Below, in pieces: positions 42,261 through 55,500 of a stretch of 64,000 nt of DNA (position 1 is the stretch's first letter; each line of letters begins with the position of its first letter). This stretch comes from Octopus sinensis. Lineage: Eukaryota. The stretch covers positions 65,844,001 to 65,908,000 of the forward strand of contig NC_043009.1 of the NCBI RefSeq assembly GCF_006345805.1. The letters are read 5' to 3'. The notes beneath the pieces are model-generated. The model searched no databases and was not told where the DNA came from. It saw only the letters and a program-made list of their open reading frames with translations. Made by a program: the position numbers and the translations under genes.

Positions 42261-44522
42261 TGATTTTGACAAGACACGAGTCTTCATTTTGTTAGGGTGT
42301 CGATTTTATTGCCCCCAAAACACATGCTCATATTGACACACATGTGTGACACTTGAGGGTCACGTGATTCTACCAGCTTGCTGCCCAAATCATAATAATA
42401 ATAATAATGATGATGATGACGATTCTTTTTAACTTAGGGACAAGGCCAGAAATTTGTGAGGTTGGGGTTAGACAATATAGTAACCCCAGTACTTCAGTGC
42501 TACTTTATCATATTAACCCCAGAAGGATGAAAGACAAAGTTGACTTCAGCAGGATTTGAAATCAGAATGTAAAGCATCCGAACATCAGTCCAATGCCTTA
42601 AGGATTCTACAATAATGTTAATAATAATAATAATAATTCTATAGACACGTGGCCTGAAATTGTGGTGGGGAGGGGGCAAGCCAATTACATCAATCTCAGC
42701 ATTTGACTGGTCCTTGTTTTATATTGATCCCAAAACGATGAATGACAAAGCTGACCTTAGCTGAATTTGAACTCAGAATGTCAAGACAAACAAAACGCCA
42801 CCAAGCATTTTGTCCGGCAACGATTCTGCCAGTTTTTGCTGTCTTATAAATAATTATAATAATAATAATAATGTATCTAACACAGAAGCGAAGCCTGAAT
42901 TTTGGTGCAGAGGTGTTATATGTAACCCAGTGTATAACTGGTACTTCATTTTGGTGATGATGACAAAACTTCTATCAGTTTCAATGTTCAGCAGCCGACA
43001 TGTTTAATCAACTGAACTCCCAACTTGTTAAATTAATGTCAAACTGGTTGAGTATTCCACAGGCATCTGTACTCTCTATGAAATCCTCAAGCAGAAAGAA
43101 CATAATACAGTGTTTCACCTGGTCAGCTGTTTGCAATACAGGTACAATTTGTTGCTGCAATGCACCCAGGAGTACCCATAACCCAATTTATGGCAACCAA
43201 TTCCACTTTGGAAAACCAGACTGACCTGAGCTTAAGGTCAGAAGACTCTTACTCCAAATTCCACAAAGTGGAATTGAACCTGGAACCTGACGATTGAGAG
43301 GTGACTTTCTTAACTGCTTGGCCATGCCTGCATTTCACTGATTTATTTTACTGACCCTTGCCACCCCTTGAAGGACAAAAGGAAAAGTTGACCACAGCAG
43401 GATTTGAACTCGGAACACAATAATATTCCTTAAATGATTTCTAATATTGGCACAGGGCTATAAATTTGACAAGAGGTGTGAGGGGCACAGGTGATTCAAC
43501 TGACCCCTTCACAATTGTGGTACTTATTTTATCAACCCTCAACGCTGAACCCCAATGGGATTAGAACTTGGTAATGGGACATACCTAAATACCCCATGGC
43601 ACATTTTCTACCATGTTTTCGATTCTGCTGCTTCATTCTTCACCCCACCCACCCCTTCGCAAGGACACCGGATGAAAGGTCAGTGATAACTAACACAGAC
43701 ACAAAACCTTAAATTTTTCATTCCCAATTATTTATATATATTTTATTTTATTTTTATTTTATTTATTTTTATTTATTTTTTTTTAGTGGTGGTGCAGAAA
43801 TTTTTGATTATATCAAATGAATTCCTTGGTACTCTATCTTCTTGGTACTCTATTTCATTGACCCTTGGAAGGATGAACGGCAAAGTTAACTTTGGTAGGA
43901 TTTGATCTCGGGATATAGAGGACCATAACACTAGCACAAGGCAGTTTGTTTGCCACTCTACCAATTGAGTTTTGCCTGCATCCTAAAAATGATAATAATA
44001 ATGATAATAATAATAATGGCCTTTACCATCGGCACACAACCACATTTTCGGAGATGGGGCAGAAAAGAGGGATTAGTATTCAATTAAAACACCCTTCCCC
44101 CAGTATTTTACTGGTATTTATAATTGATAACAACAACAACAATTACAATAAAAACAACAATAATTACAATAACAACAACAAAGTGGCAGGACTTAACGAG
44201 AAGGGATTTAATTATTTAATTATTTTGTGGGTTTAAATTTTCTTTTTGTGTTCTTAAAGGGTTTCTCAGTTTCTCTTGGGGGGATGGAAGAGGTGGATAA
44301 ACAACGGTGGGGGTTGCATTTTTTTTTTGTCAAGTGGGTGTTTGTCTGGGTGAGGTAGGGGGTTAGGGTAGGTGGTCATATTTAGATTTTGCTGGTTGTG
44401 GGCATGGGTTAGAATTTAGAGAGGAAATGAGAGAAGGGGAGGGTGAAGGAAGAGGAAAAGAGTAAGGGAATAATGGTAGGAGGAGGAATTAGATATAAAG
44501 TGAGACTGAGAGGAAAAAAGTA

Positions 44523-44558
<36 letters not shown>

Positions 44559-45094
44559 ATAGGAGGTGTGTGTGTGCCTGTGTAATGAAAAAAGAACTTT
44601 GTTTGTCTCAAGTCTACAGGCCCATTAGCTTGGAGCTTCTCCCATTTTCCATGGCATGTCAGCAACTATGAGTCCAAGTCTGCCCACCACAATGGGACAC
44701 CTGTCTAACCCAGGGGCAACATTTTCAGCTGAGTGGACTGAAGTAACATGAAATGCAGAGCTTTGCTCAAGAAAACATGCAAACTGCTCTGAGAATTGAA
44801 CCCACAACTCATGTGCACGTGTGTCCATGAATGCGTAACGTAACAAGGGTAAATTACGAGTTACTATAAAACTGCAATAGAAGTACCTAAGAGTACATTC
44901 ATATCTTTCTTTCCTAATCGCGTGTGTGTGTGATTATGTGTACATATATGTATAAATATATGCATGTGTATGTGTGTGTTTGCATTTTCTGCTTTTAAAC
45001 ATGTCTATCCTTTTGTAGCAATGAAGGAAAATGGACACAATAAATTCTAAGTAGCAGTGGTGAGAAGCCAGGACTTCACATATCAATCTATCAA

Positions 45095-45129
<35 letters not shown>

Positions 45130-45304
45130 ATTAAATGAAACAAAGCACCTGTTGTTGGACTTAATGTTTGAAAGGAAAATGTTCACATGCAATATTAATA
45201 ATCCGAGTACTTTAATCTAACTGACTGCTTTATGTTCCCTTAAAACAGGTAACGCCTGGATATATGCAGGTATATACACACACACACACATACGTATGCA
45301 TGTG

Positions 45305-45343
<39 letters not shown>

Positions 45344-45584
45344 CATGAATACATGTTTGTGTGTCTGTGTATATATACATGTACACATATACACATGCAT
45401 ACATATTGATTTGTGTGTATATATATTTGTATGTACACATATACTTATATACAGAAGGAACCTTGGTTCAGATATGGTCACCTTACCTGCCACTTCATTA
45501 GACTAAACCCTACACACTTCTAAATCTACATTGTGTTCTGCTCAAAAGGAACAAGTACTATATATATAGTTAATCCAAACATGA

Positions 45585-45742
45585 ACATATATATATATAT
45601 ATATAAACACATATATAGTGCTTGTTTATATATATATATACACACACACATATATAGTGCTTGTTTATATATATACACACACACATATATAGTGCTTGTT
45701 TATATATATATACACACACACACACACATATATAGTGCTTGT

Positions 45743-45775
<33 letters not shown>

Positions 45776-45820
45776 TAGTGCTTGCTTATATACACACACA
45801 CACACACACACATATATATA
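45585..45820. repeat. Minisatellite (acacacatatatagtgcttgtttatatatat)n
   Basis: Five agtgcttg anchors with variable spacers. Confidence 0.9.
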
Positions 45821-46047
45821 GTTCACACCACATCGCACTACCCTGCACACACTAGCATTGACCGCTTCCCAGCATCCACACGCACATACACACTCACATA
45901 CACACCTTCATTTTGGGATTACCACAACTTTACTATCTCCCCTTCTTCCTAGCTCTCCTGTGTGACCCCTCTGTCTGACATTCGCCATGATAAATCACCA
46001 GCCACAAAACCTTTTTTATTTTCTCTCCTTGTTTATTTATGTGTTCC

Positions 46048-46081
46048 TTTCTGACGAAGAGCATAGGCTCGAAACATTAAA
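46048..46081 (+). ncRNA. Minimal type I hammerhead ribozyme motif (Penelope-type)
   Basis: ttt CTGACGA a GAGC atag GCTC GAAA ca TT aaa: conserved core, 4-bp stem II, short stem I and minimal stem III. Confidence 0.6.
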
Positions 46082-46216
46082 ACACGTTTCTTTTGAGCAG
46101 AACACAATGTAGAGTTAAAAGTGTGTAGGATTTGACAAGTCTTATGAAGTGGAAGGTAAGGTGAACATATCTGAACCAAGGTTTCTTTTGTATATATCAG
46201 CGTATGAGTGTGTGTA

Positions 46217-46253
<37 letters not shown>

Positions 46254-46394
46254 ATCCATGGGGTGATTATAATCAAAATAAGCAACAAGTATATTTTAGG
46301 TAATTTGGTACAATCGTTTCATATTACAATGTTTAATAAAATGAAGTAGCATGAAACAATTGTACCAAATTACCTAAGATATACTTGTTGCTTA

Positions 46395-46397
<3 letters not shown>

Positions 46398-46442
<45 letters not shown>

Positions 46443-46534
46443 TACGTAAATATGTATATATATATATATATATATACACACACATACGTAAATATGTATA
46501 TATATATATATACACACACACATACGTAAATATG

Positions 46535-46568
<34 letters not shown>

Positions 46569-46613
46569 TACGTAAATATGTATATATATATATATATACA
46601 CACACATACGTAA

Positions 46614-46650
<37 letters not shown>

Positions 46651-46720
46651 TACACACACATACGTAAATATGTATATATTATATATATATATACACACAC
46701 ATACGTAAATATGTATATAC
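46398..46720. repeat. Minisatellite (acacacacatacgtaaatatgtatatatata)n
   Basis: Seven catacgtaaatatg anchors. Confidence 0.92.
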
Positions 46721-47887
46721 TTATATATTAATTCATGAATATTTGTGGTGTGTGTGTTGTGTACATGTGTGTTTAGAATCATGGTATGAGAGTGCATTAT
46801 AGGTGATGTGTGTATAGTGTGTGTGTGTGTATGTTGTGCATGTCTATGCATCACATGCGTATGCATATGTGAAGGAGTAATATGTAAATTACTAGTTAAT
46901 ATAAAACTGCAAATATGCAGTAGATGTGCAACAAAATGCATTACTGAATGCTCATAGGCATTCACTGCATGTCATACCACACACGGCAACAGCAGCCTCA
47001 CAATAGGGTGGGGTTTCCACACGCATCACCTGCTGTTAAGGAATGCAACCGATGCATTGCACATGCACACGAATATGAATAACAGAAATTCATGCACACA
47101 CGAATATGCGTAACACTCTACGCAAACATTTACACAGAAGTGTTCGTATGATGTAGACGCATACATACTTACACATGTACAAACGCTCTTGCAAAAATAT
47201 ATATTTACGTATACACATGCATACACACATGTATGTATACATCTGTGTTTGTGTTATATATATATACATATATATATGTATATGGTTTACCTTTTTAAAT
47301 TACCTGCTGCCGTATACCTTATACTAAGGACCATACTTACTGAGGTAATTACCAGGAGTTCCTCTGGATAATTCCATCCCTTAAAGGCTTTATACCTCTA
47401 ACTTATACCTTACACATATATATATATTCTTCCATAGCAGCCAACTCTGAAGAGTGCAAGTTTAATAATTAGGCCATTACTTAACATCCAGTTGAACCAT
47501 CTAGTGCAAAACTGATTGCTAAGATCAGCCACAATGGATGTATAAAACAGTACACTTCGATTGATATATACATACATATATGTATATATATGTATGTATG
47601 TATTGAGTGTGTTTGTGTACAGATATATACTTAAATGAACAAACAAGCAAAAAAAGGAAACAGACATGATCTCACACACATGTGTATATATGTATACATA
47701 TACATATGTATAGAGACACACACACACATGCATGCATGATCATCATCGTCCTCATTTCATGCACTCTTAAAATGCCAGAATGTGCTGGACAGGTCATCTT
47801 GGTCTGAATCTGTTCATATTTGGAGTTATTTCTCTCCAAGACCAATTAAATACCCACATCTCACTCACACACACACATACACACATA

Positions 47888-47925
<38 letters not shown>

Positions 47926-48078
47926 CTTTATTTAAAGCAGCAGAAAATTCAACAAAATCTGTTACTCTGAGTTTCCCGTTGCCGTTCATCGGACAGTTTT
48001 TGCTAGAATGTCCGATGAACGGCAACGGAAAACTCAGAGTAACAGGTTTTGTTGGATTTTCTGCTGCTTTAAATAAAG
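47926..48078. repeat. Near-perfect inverted repeat, 70-bp arms and 13-nt loop
   Basis: 47926-47995 is the reverse complement of 48009-48078 with 3 mismatches. Confidence 0.92.
47927..47932 (-). promoter_or_regulatory. Candidate polyadenylation signal (AATAAA) of the avidin-like gene
   Basis: First AATAAA I found on the minus strand downstream of the stop at 49460 (manual scan). No transcript evidence. Confidence 0.3.
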
Positions 48079-48149
48079 CATATTACTCTACCACTGGTAT
48101 TTGAGTACTCTTTTTTCCACCTTGTTTCACATTTATGTGTTTACTCCGG

Positions 48150-48201
<52 letters not shown>

Positions 48202-48648
48202 TATGAACACATACACATGTGCTTAAGTACATGCAAACATTGAGACACATACAAAATACATGTCATGCACACATGCACACATGCATACAAATTAAAAAAT
48301 AACAAACAAACAAACCAACACCGAAATATATGGAATAATGGTATTTTGGGATATTTTTTTCTTCAAGGGAAGAAATCTTTCGATGAAACTGTAATCGTTA
48401 TAACATTATCATCAACATCATTATTATAATTATTATTATCATAATTATTATTATTATAATTATTATTCATTTTTATCATATTTTCTTTGTATAACATTTG
48501 TTTCTTTGTAGTTTTTCTTGTTTCATTTTGTTAGTTTTTTTTTTTTTTTTCTTTTTTTGTGTTTGTTTTCTTAAACAGTAAAGAAATGGTCAATGTTTAA
48601 ATGGCAACACCACATTGGTCTTGGGTCTGGTCACTAGGTCCTTGCAGA

Positions 48649-48685
<37 letters not shown>

Positions 48686-49459
48686 ACATACTGGTTGTGG
48701 CCCTGTGACAAGTGTATGTGCGTGTGTAAGGGAGGGGCACAGATTTTTAGATGGAAGGGTCCAAAATGTAAGACCAAGAAAGAGACAAGGAGAGAGAGAG
48801 ATAAAGAGAGGGGGATGGTTAGAGAAGAGAGATTTGTAGGGGTGCGGTGGTGGTGGTGGTGGTAGAGGCAGAAAGCCGAAATAGTCCCTAAAATCTTTCA
48901 GTTCAACCCCTCCCACCCCTACACCTTGACTGACGTCTGACAAGATGTTTTGATGTTACTGTTGTTTCTTATTTGGGGGTGTCTGAAAGGGGCAGGGAGT
49001 TGTGGAGGTGGAAGATAAGGGTGGAGGATGGCAGGTGCATATTTGGGGTGGGATGAAGGGGTGGATAATTATTTTCTCTCTGGTTGGGGGGGGGGCCATG
49101 AGGAGGAAGTGGGCCAGTGGAAAGGAATAAATGGGATTTCAAATAGAGGGGAGAAGATGATGGTCAAGGAAGGGCCATTAGGGACTCAGAGACTTTTCAT
49201 TAGAGCTGGGGGTGGGTGGGGAGTAAGATGTAAGGGGGTATATAAAACTCAAAGATGAATGTTTGTGTGTGCGTATGTGTGTGTGAGTGTGGTTTGGTGT
49301 GGGTGGTTGTGTGGTGTGTAGCATGGCAGAGCCATAGCGCCAGGAATGAAGGAATTAGAAAAAAAAATTTTTTCAAGAGTGGGATAGAGAGAGAGGGAGA
49401 GAGGGAGAGACAGAGAGGGATAGAGAGACAGAGAGAGAGAGAGAAAAGCTGAAAGAGTT

Positions 49460-49599
49460 TCACAAAGCAACCAAGAGGAGAATGAACAACAGGGAAAGAA
49501 AAGAAGCACCATGGCAACAAGATGCGGAAATCGGTTCAATAGGTTTAATATCCTCCCCTGCACGGTTTGGGACGTGAACATTCTCTGCTTTGCGGGGAC
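49460..49599 (-). CDS. Terminal coding exon: polar spacer plus hydrophobic tail (GPI-anchor-signal-like)
   Basis: Strong polypyrimidine acceptor ttttcttgcag|GT in phase with exon C. Ends ISASCCHGASFLSLLFILLLVAL-TGA. Confidence 0.82.
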
Positions 49600-52500
49600 C
49601 TGCAAGAAAAAAAAGAAAACAATTAATCATCGTCATCATCATCATCGTTTAACGTCCACTTTCCATGCTGGCATGGGTTGGACGATTTTGACTGAGGGCT
49701 GGCGAACCAGGAGGCCACCCCAGGCTCCAATCTGATCTGGCAAAGTTGGATGCTACAGCTGGATGCCCTTCCTAATGCCAACCACTCCAAGAGTGTAGTG
49801 GGTGCTTTTATGTGCCACTGGCACGAGGGCCAGTAAGGCGGTTCAGGCAACGACCATGCTTAAAAGGTATTTTTTATGTGCCACCTGCATGGGAGCCAGT
49901 CTGGCGACACTGGCAACAACCACACTCGAATGTTGTTTTTCGCGTGCCACCAGCTCATGTGCCGCTAAGGCAACGCTGGCAATGATCACACTCGAATTAA
50001 TGAAATAGAATAAATGATATAATTTAAACAATACATAACAGAAACACAAAAAAGGGGACAATATCAGATTCTCTCCTTCACCAAAAAAGCCAGTGACAAA
50101 AGAAGGGCCATTGAAAAGGTAATGACACACTGGTGATGTCCCAGCAAGGCCACAGTCTTTGAGCTGAAACACATGTACATATAGAAATAATGATCCAGCA
50201 ATACCTGTATACCTGCACATCTTCAGGTGAGTAGATGTATAATATTTCTTTAATAATATGTGAAACACTTTGTAACTAACAGCTGATTCTAACGCACAAA
50301 AAACAATTGTTGTGATTTGGATGAAAGCTTGTTCATTCCCACTTTTTGTACTATGAATATTTTTTTGTATGAATTCCGCAGGAGTGGCTGTGTGGTAAGT
50401 GTCTTCTACTATAGTCTCTGGCAGACCAAAGCCTTGTGAGTGGATTTGGTAGATGGAAGCTGAAAGAAGCCTGTCGTGTATATATGTGTGTATATCTTTC
50501 TTCCAAGGAATCTAATGTGCTTGGCTTAGATTTTCCTTTGGGGCTGGCCAGATCGGAGCAATCTCAAGATTAATCAGCCGAAATTGCGAGGATGATCCGG
50601 TTCTTGACTGAAGATTGAAGGCTTCGAATGTCCCGTCCGTGTTTTTTGTATCGTCTTCCAAATGTTTTGCTTTCTTGTCCCAGTTTGTATTTTTTTAGAT
50701 ATATATATATACATATACATATACGTATACATATATATATATATATATATATATGTGTTTGTGTATGTTTGTCCCCGCAACATCGCTTGACAACCGATGC
50801 TGGTGTGTTTACGTCCCCGTAACTTAGTGGTTCGGCATAGGAGACCAACAGAATAAGTACTAGGCCTACAAAAAATAAGTCCTGGGGTTGATTTGCTCAA
50901 CTAAAGGCAGTGCCCCAGCATGGCCACAATCAAATGACTGAAATAAGTAAAGAGAATATGCTAATGGATTACCACATGTAAATATATAGACATAGGCGTG
51001 GCTGTGTGGTAAGTAGCTTGCTTACGAACCACATGGTTCTGGGTTCAGTCCCACTGCATGACACCTTGGGCAAGTGTCTTCTACTATAGCCTTGGGCCGA
51101 CCAAAGCCTTGTGAGTGGATTCGGTCACCTTGGTCTGTTGGCTGTGGACAGCTGACACTTCCATCATACCCAGTAAAATTAGCTGTGAGTTTTCATATAA
51201 TAATAATAATAATGATGATGGTACCTGCTGCCTGTTCATATCTTGTAAATGTATTTACTCCATATAACGTAGATCTCCAGTGGTCTTGACATTTGTCAAT
51301 GGACTGCCACAGAATCCATCTCATCTCCAGTGTGTCCATTTGTTCCAATGCACATGTGGAATGGCACTGACCTGTAAGCGAGAAAGAAAGAAAGAGGATC
51401 TGTTAGAACAAAAATACCATAAAACAGCAATTCAGGAACTCATACAAATTTCCCTATAATAATATTCTGATTGTCACATTATGTGTTCAAGTGTTATACC
51501 ATAAACAACCTTAACTATAGAACTAAAGACAAAAATCTTTAACCCTTTCTTTACTGTATTTATTTTGAGATGCTCTGTTTTTTCTTTCAATTATTTTAAA
51601 TATAACAAAGAATTTAGTAAAATAACTTAGTTATCATTCAGCTAATGTTAGGAACGTAAATTGTGACTAAAGTTTGGTGAAAGATTTTAATTCAAAACTT
51701 ATGAAAACAAGACATTTGTACTCAGAGCCAGAGGCAGTTTCAGCCAGGTTGGTAATGAAAGGGTTAATAGAACAATGTTGAGAAGCACAGGCAAGAAATT
51801 GGCTCCACAACCACATGGTTCTATGAAATACAAACTTAAATACAAGAATTCTATACATAACAGTGTATTTGTGGTCTGTTGCATCTATTTTAGAAATCAA
51901 TATTTATATCAATTAACAAGTAATAACTAATTAATCACATATATTTGTAATTCATATACTTCAAATGCAAGACAATTAAGCAAGATTTTTCTCTTGTTTA
52001 TGTAAAGAGGACCGGAATCTGTGGATTCTTTCAATTGTTGAAAGATTAAAGTGTGTGTGTGTGTGAGGCCCCACTGCTAGACAACTGGTGTTGCCTTGTT
52101 TGCATCCTGTAATTTTGCAGTTTGAGTGAAAGAGACTGATGAAATAAGCACCTAGCTTAAAAATGAATACAGGAGCCAATCTTGATTGACTAAACTCTTC
52201 AAGGCATTGCCCCAGCATGGCCAGAGTCCAACACTTGAAATACATATAAGTAGTATTCAATGTACAGTTTTCAGAGGCAACAATCTGCAATCAGCAAGCC
52301 CTTGTTATACATTTGCCACCTTGTTATCTATTAGTTTTCAGTTTACATCAAAAAGTGCATAATCTTAACGAAAGGAGACATAACCAATCTATAATATTTT
52401 ATTGCAACTGAACGACAAAAGGGAAGATTTAACATATTTGATACATAATATTACATCCTTATTTGTATCAGAGAAAACTTCCCTTGGCCCCACTTCATCC

Positions 52501-55500
52501 TCCTTCTCATTCCATTAAGGCAGGGGGTTCCCAACCTTTTCACTATTAAGGACTCTTCTTACTTAAATGAATTTTCCCATGGTCCCCAGGATATTGAGAG
52601 GTCCGTCAGCTTAACATGCTCACAGGCCCCACCAGGAGTCCATGGGTGACAGGTCGGGAACTACTGCATTAAGATATGCTAAATCTCAATCAATCAATGA
52701 ATAAAATATTAAGAGTTGTTATTTACATTTGACAGATATTTGTCCTCGTCTTGTTTGTTGTTAACACAGCGTTTCAGCTGATATACTCTCCAGCCTTCAT
52801 CAGGTGTCTTGGGGAAATTTCAAACCTGGGTTCTAATTCCTAAGGTATTTTTCAATGTTATTATTATTATTATTCAGATCACTGCCTGGAATCGAACTCG
52901 GAATCTTGGGGTTACTGGCCCACGCTCTTAACCATTATGTCATATGTCCTCTTAACCACTATGCCTTATGGCGTAGTGGTTAAGAGTGCGGGCTACTAAC
53001 CTCAAGATTCCAAGTTCGATTCCAGGCAGTGACCTGAATAATAATAATAATAATAATATCGAAAAATACCTTTGGAATGAGAACCCAAGTTCGAAATTTC
53101 CCCAAGACTCCTGATGAAGGCTGGAGGGTATATCAGCCGAAATGTGTTAACAACAAACAAGATGAGGGCAAATATCCATCAAATGTAAATAATGTAAATA
53201 ATTCCGCATCTCTTAAATATAGAACTGTATTATTAAGAGTTGTCTCCCCTAGTATAGATTTCAGATTTTATTCCATTCCAGTCTTTTAATGTTCCAAGTT
53301 CTGCCGTGGACTTTCAACAATCTGGACTAGTACCAGTTATGGTTTTAGCCCCAGGTTAACCTTTATCCAGCAGCTGGGCAATGGGGTCAATGTCAGTAAC
53401 TTTAACTCCCCTATAAAATTCCTGGAACTATGCCAAAATTTTAAACCATTATTATTATTATCATTATGAAGGCAGCAAGCTGGCAGAATCGTTAGCACGC
53501 TGGATGAAATGCTTAGAGGTATTTCGCCCATTGTTATGTTCTGAGTTCAAATTCCTCCCATGTCGACTTTGCCTTTCATCTTTTCAGGGTCAATAAAATA
53601 AGTACCAGTTATGCACTGGGATCAATGTAATCGATTTACTCTCCCACCACCCGCAAATTTCAAGTCTTATATGCCTATAATAGAAATTATTATTATTATT
53701 ATTATGAAGGCACTCCAGGTATTTCATCCGTCTTCATGCTGTGAGTTCAAATTCTGCTGTGGTTGACTTTGATTTAAATCCTTTCAGATTAAAATAAGTA
53801 CCAGTTATACACTCAGGTCAATGCAATTGACTTACATTACCTCCACACACACACACAAATTTCAGGCCTTGGGTCTTCAGTAGAAAAGATTATTATTATT
53901 ATTATTATTACTACGGTGGCAAGATGGCAAAACTGTTAACACCAGAAACAAAACGCTTAGTGGCATTCTGGGATCAAATTCTGCCAAGGACAACTTCGCC
54001 TGTCATCATTTCAGGGGTGATAAATAAGTACCAGTTATGCACTGAGGAGCAGTGTAATCGTCGGAGCCCCTCCCCCAAAATTGCTGGCCCTGGGTCAAAA
54101 ATTTCAAATCATCATCATCATCAACATCATCGTTTTTGTTGCTATTGCAAGTGAAAGACATTCCAGTCGTGACTACCCCACCTTATTTTCAAACTCAGCA
54201 TAACTAAGCTTGTGTCACAATACCAAAGAATTTTAGTGTTTTTCTTTTTTAACTTAGTAGGCTGTGATAATAATAATAATAATAATAATTGTGTACAGTG
54301 CTCAGGTGCACTACAACTCATCTAAAGTGTATATATAATCAGGTGTAGTTTCGGCGGATTTCGGAAAGCATGAGGGCCTTAAAGGATGCAGTGTCATGGC
54401 AGTCAACAACTGACGCAGGCAGTTTATTCCATGCTTCAGCAACTCTGAGCGTGAAAAAATGTTTCCGAAAGTCATGGGAGCTGTGTTGTTTTCTGACGTG
54501 AGGGAGACTTGGCTGTTATCTTTGGCATGCCAAGTGCCCTCATTTGTTCAGTACCCTACTATTATTCTAAGCGCAATCATCTTATCCTCTGTATATGTTC
54601 CTTTTGGGGTTTTTTACATCAATGTTTGTTCATGTAAACATGGATGAAGGAATGGTTTATTTCTTGCAGCATTTCTTCCTGCAACTGGATGCTGCATGGC
54701 TGTCCAACTATCAATAATTCGAAGATTACCATTTTTAAATCCCACAACGAGAGATATTCAACAACGGTACTTTGGAGTAAAGCTTGTTTGCCAACATAAC
54801 ATGGCAGTCCTGGTTTAGGACGAACGTTGCCGTAATTTAGCCCCAGGAGACATCGTTTCCAGCTGGCTATACGACACGATCTGTGTCCTTATATTTTCAA
54901 ACAAGGGAATCTAGAACCCCAACTCAGCCATCTGTGTGTAGCCCCTTGTGGGTAGTAAAGAAATATGTATTTCGTCTGTCTTTACGTTGTGGGTTCAAAT
55001 TCTGCTGAGGTCGACTTTGCCTTTCATCCTTTCGGGGTCGATAAATTAAGTACCAGTTACGCACTGGGGGTCGATTTAATCAACTGGCCTCCTCCCCCTA
55101 GAGTAGTAAACATTATCTGTTTATCGTGATTTCCAGGTTATTTCCTTTCATCAGCACGTTGTGAGATTTAAAAATAGTAATTTTCTAATTCATAGATCAG
55201 TGACTAGTTGTCACTTTGGAAACTATATATTTCGAACGGGAATTTGGCAGCGCCACCTCTAGCCGAACAATTATTCTTTGCTGATGAAGGGAAATGACTC
55301 AGAAATCGCGATACACAGATATTGTTTTGAGCTGAGTGGGGGTGCTAGATTCCTTTGTTCGAAGATATAAGGATACAGATCGTGTCATATCACCAGCTGG
55401 AGCCGATGTCGCCTGGGGCTAAAATTACAGCAACATTAGTCCTAAACCAGGACTGCCATGTTATGTTGGCAAACAATCTTTACTATTAATAATTCACCTT

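Noticed and set aside
46398-46720. Regularly spaced repeats resembling a CRISPR array (also 21110-21640 and 45585-45820)
   Set aside because: The spacers are simple (TA)/(CA) runs, the context is eukaryotic, and there are no cas genes.
14976-47733. Numerous IYIY/HTHT/CVCV ORFs (e.g. 15015, 21089, 33621, 36780, 46396)
   Set aside because: Translations of dinucleotide and tetranucleotide microsatellites.
52969-53030. tRNA gene (and other A/B-box heads)
   Set aside because: No complete cloverleaf or acceptor stem. The sequence continues into a repeated element body, so it is a SINE head.
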